A DNA stretch of 12,901 bases from an uncultured bacterium (GCA_964619725.1 CAZUFC010000128.1:1-12901), one strand, 5' to 3'. Counted from the first letter of the stretch, positions 1 through 8,741 are shown. Made by a program: numbers and translations. Notes: generated by a model from the letters alone, not told the origin.

Positions 1-103
1 TGGCTGGTTGGGGGATTTGGTTGGGTTGTTTTATGGCTGGTTGGGGGATTTGGTTCGGTTGTTTTATGGCTGGTTGGGGGATTTGGTTCGGATATTTTAT
101 GGC
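1..103. repeat. 33-bp tandem repeat (three full copies plus the start of a fourth), truncated by the window start
   Basis: Units at 1-33, 34-66 and 67-99 with consensus TGGCTGGTTGGGGGATTTGGTTCGGTTGTTTTA and 0-2 substitutions per copy; TGGC restarts at 100; no spacers between units. Confidence 0.95.
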
Positions 104-131
104 AGTTTTGAGGGAAGTTTTATACGCCTCC

Positions 132-231
132 TTCACATCTCCATGCATTGACTGATAAAAATTTTGAATTGTTTAACGAAAAAACAACAAGCGATCAAAA
201 CAATTGGGGAACAAATTATTTTATTTTCTGT
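132..231 (+). promoter_or_regulatory. Duplicated non-coding element, copy A (putative promoter/operator upstream of the tonB-like gene)
   Basis: 132-172 TTCACATCTCCATGCATTGACTGATAAAAATTTTGAATTGT, 192-197 CGATCA and 212-231 CAAATTATTTTATTTTCTGT match, in the same order, the reverse complement of 6679-6763. Contains a -35-like TTGACT at 148-153. The function is inferred. Confidence 0.6.
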
Positions 232-345
232 CAGATTTAAGGTGTGATCGGAGCGACTGCCTTGCTCTACAAGTAAATAATGCAGTTACGGGCGTTAATG
301 ACATTCAAGATTAATTCTTATTTTTTAAAAGGGGGACATAACAGC

Positions 346-1041
346 ATGAAAGATTACAACGATGAAAGGCATTATGAAAAAGTAACGGGAAAAAAAAGAA
401 TGGAGCGGATGCTTCTGGTTTCCATCGTATTTCATTTTCTTTTGATTTATGCTTTGATCCCGCAAACGGCCGACGGCGCGCCGGAATTGATTGAAAAACC
501 GAAGAGCGGCATGATCATCAATCTCAGTGAACTGATAACAAATGATGACAAGCCTTCAGGTAGAATCGATGAAAGAGATATCAGAAAACCGAAGCCTGCG
601 TTATTGCCTATTCCTGATCCTTCACCTTCGGTAGAAGAGATAGCGTACGATTTTGATATGACGATGGACCCTGATATGGATATTATACCGGCTGATGCGA
701 TTGCGGTTTTCGGAGTTCCCGAAAATCCTCCGGCGCCTGATGCGGGCGGGCCGGTCAGATTGACCAGCGACGTAGTGAAACCGAGGCTCATTAAAAAGGT
801 AAATCCGGTTTATCCGGAGATAGCCCGTCAGGTGGGGATAGAGGGAGTCGTAGAGATAGAAGCGGTAATATCAGGGAACGGCAGAGTGATAGATGCGAAG
901 ATTATTCGGGGGCTGGATTCTTCGGGTTTGAATAAAGCGGCGCTGGAGGCTGTGCTGCAGTGGGAATTTACGCCGGCGCTGTTAAACGGCGTGCCTGTTG
1001 ACGTATATATGATGCTGAAAGTCGTATTCGAGTTGCGATGA
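346..1041 (+). CDS. tonB: TonB-family energy transducer (N-terminal TM anchor, Pro-rich linker, TonB C-terminal domain)
   Basis: TM helix with the S-x3-H motif (LLVSIVFHFLLIYALI), Pro/acidic linker, and C-terminal PVYPEIARQVGIEGVVEIEAVISGNGRV...LNKAALEAVLQWEFTPA typical of TonB_C. ATG 346 follows GGGGGA (331-336) and is preferred over 280. Confidence 0.9.
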   Translation: MKDYNDERHYEKVTGKKRMERMLLVSIVFHFLLIYALIPQTADGAPELIEKPKSGMIINLSELITNDDKPSGRIDERDIRKPKPALLPIPDPSPSVEEIAYDFDMTMDPDMDIIPADAIAVFGVPENPPAPDAGGPVRLTSDVVKPRLIKKVNPVYPEIARQVGIEGVVEIEAVISGNGRVIDAKIIRGLDSSGLNKAALEAVLQWEFTPALLNGVPVDVYMMLKVVFELR

Positions 1042-1147
1042 TCGTCCTGTTGCGACAGGCGGTCCTGTTCCTCCATCGGGAACTCCGGGTTGCGGCTATG
1101 TCAAAAATGGCCATGTCAGGGGCGAAATTTTTCAGTTTGAATCCTTA

Positions 1148-1280
1148 GTGCTCGTGCTCAGTGCAGCGGTAATGGTAATCGAAAGATTGGTCTGACCCGT
1201 ACAGTCGTTTGAAAGCAAAGTTGGGCAATCATTTGAATCGATCGATTACGATTACGAGCACGAGCGCCTCTCCGCTGAGC
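1148..1280. repeat. Long imperfect inverted repeat built from hexamer units (REP/MITE-like palindromic element)
   Basis: GTGCTCGTGCTC (1148-1159) pairs with GAGCACGAGCGC (1256-1267); GTAATGGTAATCGA (1169-1182) pairs with TCGATTACGATTAC (1242-1255); CCGCTGAGC (1272-1280) is partly complementary to GCTCAG/CAGCGG (1156-1169). Confidence 0.75.
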
Positions 1281-1450
1281 AGGAAAGTTCTTTTTGAGTA
1301 TCGAGATCACAATTTTCAACCCCTATTTGATCAATCCCCATTTTTTTATGCCGGCACAAAGAGTTACCTTCATATGATCAGTCCCAAAAAGCGTAAGCCC
1401 CGTTTTATCAGCGCCCAAAAATGTATAGGAAAATAAGTCTCGAAGGTTTA

Positions 1451-1470
1451 TACTTGTTATTCGACAAGTA
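1451..1470. promoter_or_regulatory. Operator-like palindrome upstream of the TPR-CHAT gene
   Basis: TACTTGT-N6-ACAAGTA, a perfect 7-bp inverted repeat overlapping a -10-like TATACT (1449-1454), 75 bp before ATG 1546. Confidence 0.35.
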
Positions 1471-1545
1471 ACCGGCTTTTTTTCAACGCCGGTGAATTCG
1501 ATTTCATCAGCGTAAACTGAATCGCCGGTATGCCGGGGTGTAAAA

Positions 1546-4500
1546 ATGAAAGAAACCGAGCTCGCTCTGATTAGTCAGATGATTGTGCAGCGTTTGAAAA
1601 ATATTTATACGACAGAAGATTGCATTGAATTTTCGGAAAAAGCTGAGGGACAGTTCAAAACAATGCGTTCGTTTGTGCAGAAGAATCTGAAGTCTTCAAT
1701 TCAGCATTTGAAGCAAGATCAGACGGAGTTTGAAAAGAATCTTCTTTCTCAAAAAAGAATCGATGCGATATATCTCGGCGCTCGAACAAGGCAAAGCGGC
1801 ATTTCGTTCGGTGATTTATTTGATTACATGTTCAAAGAAACCGCCAAACATCCGAATGCATTGGCCGTGAGCATAATTGAAATGACCCGGTTGATGCCTC
1901 ATTTCCGGGAATGGCGGCCGCTCCGTTTGTTTATGCTGAATGAACTGGAACAGGAGTTGCTGCCGCAATTATCGGGTATTGCCCAGGCTTTAGTAATGGG
2001 TGAATTAGGCCACTTTTACGCTGATTACGCCAGGCAGGACAAATCGCGATGGGCGGAAAAGGCTTTCCAATATTTTGAAAAGGGCCTGAATTTAATTAAT
2101 CCGGACGAAACGCCGGTGATATGGGCGGCGATGAAGTTTGGCCAGGGGGTTGTTTCCAGGTTGAGAGTCGTTGGTGAGAGGGCGCTGAATCTGGAAAAGG
2201 CTATCGAGTATCTCAAAGAAGGTCTGAGTGTGACCTCTTTTTCTTCAAATTTGCGCAACAGGGGTATGGTTTTAAACGAACTTGGAGTGGTTTATAGAAA
2301 CAGGATAAACGGCAGCAGGAAAGAGAACCTTAAAACAGCCGTCAAATACTATAATGAAGCCCTGGTTTGCTTCAATCGTCAGGAGTATCCTCAAAATTGG
2401 GGTATGGTTCAATATAATCTGGGGAATATTTATCGTCACTATTGGGAAGGCGGGAGATCATCCAACCTGGAAAAAGCGATAGAATATTATCGTAATGCTT
2501 TGGAAGTAAGGAAGAAAGAAACTATGCCGGTACAGTGGGCTTATACTAACAATGGGCTGGCGGGAGCTTATCTGGAGAGGATTCAGGGCGATGCGACGGA
2601 AAACATTGAATGGGCGATACATTATTTCCAGAGGGCGGCGGAAGTCTTTACGCTAAAAAATTTTCCAGGTTTCTGGGCGGGAATTCAAAATAACCTGGCG
2701 GTTGCTTTCAGGAAGCGCATCAGGGGCCCGCATGCTGAAAACATCGAGCAGGCGTTGAAATACAGCAAAAATGCGCTGAAAGTATGGACCCGCGATGAAT
2801 TTCCCTGGAACTGGGCGATTATAACGGGAAATCTCGGCAACATTTACTCGTCTCGAATGAAGGGGAGCAAAAGAGATAACAAGGAAAAGGCGATTGAATA
2901 CTATAAGCAGGCGACGGATGTTTTTACGAAAAAAGAATACCCCCAGAATTGGGCTCTGCTTCAGACCAATTTGGGGAACGCTTATCTGGAAAGGATTTCC
3001 GGGCATCCACAGGATAACCTGGACAGGGCTGTTCAACATTTTAATCAGGCGCTCAAAGTATTTACCGCTAGTGAATTTCCGCTGGAATGGTCTGATGCGG
3101 TTTTCAGCCTGGGGCATGCCCTGGGAGAAGTGAATTCCGGTTCTGAAAGGTACCGGAAAGCCGTCAGCCTTATTACGGCTTCACTTGATGTCAAGAGTCC
3201 GGAATCTTTTCCTTCGGACGCCCGTGAAAGAGCCCGGACGCTGGGTAATGTCCATTGCCGGCAAGGGCAGTTTGAAAAAGCGTTCGCTGCTTTTGAGAAG
3301 GCAGCGGTCGCCGATAAATACGCCTATCAGGAAGCTGTGCTGACGGATTCGGTGGAACGAGAAATAAATGAAGGAGCTTCTGTATATTATCAGAGCGCCT
3401 GGTGCCTCGCAAAGATGGGGCGCATCACCGATGCGTTTGAATGGCTTGAGCGGGGTAAAACCAGGACGTTGTCCGAAAAAACAGCGCTTGATCGGGCCTG
3501 GTTCGACGACATACGTGAAGAAGATAGAATCAAATACCGGCGATTGACGGAGAGGCTTGTCGAGCTGGAAACTGAACAACGCACCGGCGTTCGTTCATTA
3601 CAGGATATTGCCGAAGATGTTAAATCAACGCGGTATGAATTGGATGAGCTCATAGAAAAAATTCGGGACTATAAACCTGTTTTCCTGCGTCACGGCATTA
3701 ATTTTCATTCCATGTACGAATTTTTCCCACAGGAAGATGCCGCTGTTATGGAAATGGATATCACCGATCACGGAACGCTTATCCTGCTCCTTTTTAAAAA
3801 AGAAGGCATCCCTGTTGTCGATGCCGTGTTTAACGATCATTTTACCCTGGATCGCCTGGTTTACATCACGAAATTATGGCTGAACAGATACCGGCGTTTT
3901 CAGCGAGCATCCCGGACTGCCGTTGCTGAAAGATTATCCTGGGGCAAATACATTCGACGTTTTGTCGGACGGCTGTCCGAAGAGCTCTTCGCTCCGGCTC
4001 TGGATATTATATATGATCAGAATGTAAAACGCCTGATGATAGTACCTCATCTTTCCATGCATATTTTTCCTCTGCACCTGATGAGTCGACGGCATAATGG
4101 CCGCCGGCGCAGCGTTATGGAAGATATGGAAGTCGTTTTTCTGCCCAGTTTGACTCTTTACCGGGAAAATATCAAACAACGAAAACCTTATGCAGACAAG
4201 TTTACGGGGATAACCGATCCCACGGGAGACCTGCTGTGGGCAGCGAAAGAAACGGAGAAGATAAAAGAATTTTTTACGAATGGTCCTATCGTTTTGAAAG
4301 GTAAACATGCTGCTCCTTCCCTTGTGAAAAAAGAAATAAGAAAGGCTGGATACGTTCATTTAGCCTGCCACGGCTTTTTCGATCAGAACGATGTGTATAA
4401 TTCCGGTCTGGCGCTGTCGCCGGACGAACAGGTTCGCCCAACTCAGCATTCAGAAAGCTCAGAGTCAGCAACTCTCCGCAAACTCAAAATCCAAACGGAG

Positions 4501-4854
4501 AAACAGATGCTGACGCTCTCTGAAATTTTCACTTCGCTCAGAACCCCCGAAACCAGGCTGGTTGTCCTCTCCGCCTGCGAATCAGGACTCGTGGACGTCG
4601 ACAGAACCGCTGACGAATTCGTCGGACTCCCCGCCGGCTTCCTTTACGCCGGCGCACGATCAGTCGTTTCCAGCCTCTGGATGGTTGACGACGAATCTAC
4701 AGGCATCCTTATGCAAAATTTCTACAGGAACTTATTTCGGCATGATATGTCGATCCCCGCTGCGCTCAATGCCGCTCAATTATCTATGAAAAACGATAAT
4801 AAATTCAAGAATCCCTTCTTCTGGGCAGGCTTCCAGGTCCACGGCATGGAGTGA
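1546..4854 (+). CDS. TPR-repeat CHAT-domain protein (caspase-HetF-associated cysteine protease)
   Basis: 1102 aa with no signal peptide. 46-aa TPR-like repeats start every 138 nt from 2107 to 3073 (xxPxxWAxxxxNLGxxYxxRxxGxxxxNxExAIxYYxxALxV). ERGKTRTL linker. CHAT motifs LMIVPH...LHL, VHLACHG (His codon 4369), LVVLSACESG (Cys codon 4576), GLPAGFLYAGARSVVSSLWMVDD and PFFWAGF. Confidence 0.95.
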   Translation: MKETELALISQMIVQRLKNIYTTEDCIEFSEKAEGQFKTMRSFVQKNLKSSIQHLKQDQTEFEKNLLSQKRIDAIYLGARTRQSGISFGDLFDYMFKETAKHPNALAVSIIEMTRLMPHFREWRPLRLFMLNELEQELLPQLSGIAQALVMGELGHFYADYARQDKSRWAEKAFQYFEKGLNLINPDETPVIWAAMKFGQGVVSRLRVVGERALNLEKAIEYLKEGLSVTSFSSNLRNRGMVLNELGVVYRNRINGSRKENLKTAVKYYNEALVCFNRQEYPQNWGMVQYNLGNIYRHYWEGGRSSNLEKAIEYYRNALEVRKKETMPVQWAYTNNGLAGAYLERIQGDATENIEWAIHYFQRAAEVFTLKNFPGFWAGIQNNLAVAFRKRIRGPHAENIEQALKYSKNALKVWTRDEFPWNWAIITGNLGNIYSSRMKGSKRDNKEKAIEYYKQATDVFTKKEYPQNWALLQTNLGNAYLERISGHPQDNLDRAVQHFNQALKVFTASEFPLEWSDAVFSLGHALGEVNSGSERYRKAVSLITASLDVKSPESFPSDARERARTLGNVHCRQGQFEKAFAAFEKAAVADKYAYQEAVLTDSVEREINEGASVYYQSAWCLAKMGRITDAFEWLERGKTRTLSEKTALDRAWFDDIREEDRIKYRRLTERLVELETEQRTGVRSLQDIAEDVKSTRYELDELIEKIRDYKPVFLRHGINFHSMYEFFPQEDAAVMEMDITDHGTLILLLFKKEGIPVVDAVFNDHFTLDRLVYITKLWLNRYRRFQRASRTAVAERLSWGKYIRRFVGRLSEELFAPALDIIYDQNVKRLMIVPHLSMHIFPLHLMSRRHNGRRRSVMEDMEVVFLPSLTLYRENIKQRKPYADKFTGITDPTGDLLWAAKETEKIKEFFTNGPIVLKGKHAAPSLVKKEIRKAGYVHLACHGFFDQNDVYNSGLALSPDEQVRPTQHSESSESATLRKLKIQTEKQMLTLSEIFTSLRTPETRLVVLSACESGLVDVDRTADEFVGLPAGFLYAGARSVVSSLWMVDDESTGILMQNFYRNLFRHDMSIPAALNAAQLSMKNDNKFKNPFFWAGFQVHGME

Positions 4855-4904
4855 AAAAAAAACGGGAATTCTTTCAAAACTTTCGACAGTTTGTTTCAGT
4901 AATA

Positions 4905-4932
4905 GGGGTCGGGGTCGGGATCGAAATCGAAA
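4905..4932. repeat. Short 6-bp-period repeat GGGGTC-GGGGTC-GGGATC-GAAATC-GAAA
   Basis: Directly visible drifting hexamer tandem about 50 bp after the CHAT stop codon. Confidence 0.6.
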
Positions 4933-5106
4933 CAAAATGATGGGATATTCTGCAGGATTGTAACCTCAATAGACGCAGAGTATAAAGTTGAGTGGTTTGG
5001 GAAGGACGCCGTCACCGTCGGAATTATGCCATAATATTGAAAATCTTCCTCTTTGGAATCCTCCCTTGAAAAAATATAACTCTCCTTGAACCTTCATTTC
5101 TAAAAC

Positions 5107-5146
5107 AAAAGCCCCCGTCCCGCTTAAGGCAGGGGCGAGGGCTTTT
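5107..5146. terminator. Bidirectional intrinsic terminator between the convergent CHAT and beta-propeller genes
   Basis: AAAAGCCC-C-CGTCCC...GGGGCG-A-GGGCTTTT GC-rich stem with A/T tracts on both sides, 11 bp after the stop of 5158..6528(-); on the minus strand the stem ends in TTTTGTTTT. Confidence 0.85.
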
Positions 5147-5157
5147 AAATCCTTGTT

Positions 5158-6528
5158 TTAAGGGAGTTGATGACACAATCCGTAGAATTCTATTTCTTTG
5201 TCGCCGAATTCGGGGATATTTTCGTAGGTGAATAGTTCAATATTGTCGGAATCGATCGGGATGCAGGGAGAAATCATGTCCATACCGTTGACTGTCGGGT
5301 CAACGCGGTCCAGCAGCATGCAGGAATCATCGCCTGTTATTTTGCCCTGAGGGTTCAAATGCATGATCCAGGCGTTTGTGTACCCGGTATTGGGGAAGGA
5401 ATCGGTGAATCCGCACACGGCAAAATTATTCTGTTCCGTTCCTTCCACGTAATAAAATCCGTCATCGTTCCATCCGCCGTATCCTCGTGAGTAAAGAACG
5501 CCGCCGTTGCCGGGGTCCAGCTTCAGGATATAACCGTTCTGCGTTCCGTTCCAGGGCATGAATGCTGATGCGGCTACTAGCAGTTGTCCGGAGCTGTTCA
5601 CGTCAACGGCGTAACCGTAATCCGGGCCGTAGAGTCCGTAGAGATTCTGAAAATCCGGGTTGCTGAAAACGTTCATGTCGAACTTGACCGTGAAGATATC
5701 GAAAGAACCTGCGCCCGGAGTATCGGAGAATCCCGTCATAACGTACTTGCCGCGGCCAAGAGTTTTTATTGAGGTAACCTGCTCATTACCTCTTTCGCTG
5801 AAATTTTTCTGAGCTTTAATCGTTCCGTTGTCTTCAAGCAGGAGAACCCAGGTGTCGTATATGCCCATTGCGCTGACGTAATAACCGGCAATAATGTAGT
5901 CATCTCCTGCCCGGTCGATGCATATGCCGGTTTCTTCTCTTGAGTGATCGTAATACCGGCTCCAGGCTAGGCTTCCGTTCGCATTAACTTTAGCGGCCCA
6001 GAAGTCCAGGTCCCCATTGTAATCCACATATCCGACGGCTGTCGCCCCGCCGCCTGCTGCGACGAGCTGAGAAGGAACCAGGTCGCCCTGCGAATAACCG
6101 TAGATTCTTTCCCATAATAAATCTCCTTCATGATTGATTTTCAAAAATATGGCGACATCATATCCCGTTTCCGGCTCATATTTGAAGCCGGATATTATGT
6201 ATCCCTCTTCGACCTGAACGATGTCCGTAAAGTAGCGGGAGTCCCAACCGTTTCCGTAGTATTTCTGCCATTCCAGGTCTCCGGCATCGTTGATTTTCAT
6301 GATCAAATACTGCTGAACGCTCCAGTACCATCCCCAGCCTGAAAAAACGTTCATGATGCCCCCCGCAGTGATGAATCCGCCGTCTTCCGTCCGGGTTACG
6401 ACCGTTCCCCAAATATTGGTCCCGCCGTCATATGTTTTCGCCCATCCGGCTCCTTCGACGTGTGCGGCTCCCATTGCCGCTACGATCATCATCATAATTC
6501 CCGTTACTGCCGTTATGCTTCGACTCAT
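5158..6528 (-). CDS. Secreted beta-propeller-like repeat protein, function unknown
   Basis: Signal peptide MSRSITAVTGIMMMIVAAMGAAHVEGA and strong RBS AGGAGGAG (6533-6540, minus strand). About seven ~50-aa repeats (WAKTYDG, WQKYYG, WERIYG, WSRYYD, QKNFS, FQNLYG, YSRGYGG, each closed by a W/Y/F-x-x-K-I/L-N/D-x-x-G-like segment). C-terminal tail with three Cys. Confidence 0.85.
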   Translation of the reverse strand: MSRSITAVTGIMMMIVAAMGAAHVEGAGWAKTYDGGTNIWGTVVTRTEDGGFITAGGIMNVFSGWGWYWSVQQYLIMKINDAGDLEWQKYYGNGWDSRYFTDIVQVEEGYIISGFKYEPETGYDVAIFLKINHEGDLLWERIYGYSQGDLVPSQLVAAGGGATAVGYVDYNGDLDFWAAKVNANGSLAWSRYYDHSREETGICIDRAGDDYIIAGYYVSAMGIYDTWVLLLEDNGTIKAQKNFSERGNEQVTSIKTLGRGKYVMTGFSDTPGAGSFDIFTVKFDMNVFSNPDFQNLYGLYGPDYGYAVDVNSSGQLLVAASAFMPWNGTQNGYILKLDPGNGGVLYSRGYGGWNDDGFYYVEGTEQNNFAVCGFTDSFPNTGYTNAWIMHLNPQGKITGDDSCMLLDRVDPTVNGMDMISPCIPIDSDNIELFTYENIPEFGDKEIEFYGLCHQLP

Positions 6529-6598
6529 TTGTCTCCTCCTGAATAAAAGGTTTCTGTTGGTTACCCCTCATTCAGAGCATCGATGAAGCTATTCCCCG

Positions 6599-6636
6599 GG
6601 AGAAGCTCATGGGATTTCCCAGCTCCCCGCTTCTCC
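6599..6636. other. Stem-loop in the putative 5' leader of the beta-propeller gene
   Basis: GGAGAAGC (6599-6606) and GCTTCTCC (6629-6636) form an outer stem enclosing TGGG-ATTT-CCCA (6610-6621). Confidence 0.45.
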
Positions 6637-6678
6637 GTCGTCGCTGTTATACAAACAAACCTGCCGAAGAAAGTGCAC

Positions 6679-6763
6679 ACGGAAAAATAAAAAAATTTGG
6701 AGGGCTGATCGAATGGGGATTACAATTCATAATTTTTCATCAGTCAATGTCAGGAGATGTGAA
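6679..6763 (-). promoter_or_regulatory. Duplicated non-coding element, copy B (divergent region between the beta-propeller and collagen-like genes)
   Basis: The minus strand reads TTCACATCTCCTGACATTGACTGATGAAAAATTATGAATTGT (6763-6722), CGATCA (6711-6706) and CAAATTTTTTTATTTTTCCGT (6699-6679), homologous to 132-231. Confidence 0.6.
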
Positions 6764-6936
6764 ATTCTAAGTTCATCAGTTTTTTGTATTTTCGAGACAG
6801 AAAAGGTAATAAAGAAAATAAGGTTTATCGGAAAGCCTGTCATCGAGTCTGGATGATCGATGCCGGGCGGACTGGTTCGTTATTGATAAGTATTAGTCTT
6901 TTATTCGGTAATGAAAAACGAAGGAGGTTACAACTC

Positions 6937-8688
<1,752 letters not shown>

Positions 8689-8741
8689 ACCTCGGCCAGA
8701 ATGAAAATAAGGACCGATAGAAAGTCAAAATGAATTCTGTT

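Noticed and set aside
1..103. CRISPR array
   Set aside because: The 33-bp units are head-to-tail with no unique spacers, and no cas genes are present.
280..345. Longer tonB start at 280
   Set aside because: No RBS and an AT-rich non-coding-like extension; ATG 346 has GGGGGA upstream.
1046..1059. Intrinsic terminator after tonB (CCTGT-TGCG-ACAGG)
   Set aside because: The stem is short and has no U-tract.
1209..1436. 75-aa ORF between tonB and CHAT as a protease substrate
   Set aside because: TTG start without an RBS, and it runs through the palindromic repeat arm (ITITSTS is the repeat translation).
1546..4854. Type III-E Craspase (Csx29) or gasdermin-associated system
   Set aside because: No Cas7-11, Csx30/31, array or gasdermin-like ORF in the window; only the protease family is shared.
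4966..5097. 43-aa minus-strand ORF MKVQGELYFF...
   Set aside because: It lies right after the terminator, with no RBS and no recognisable motif.
6784..6936. N-terminal extension of the collagen-like ORF from TTG 6784
   Set aside because: The strong RBS and signal peptide begin at ATG 6937.
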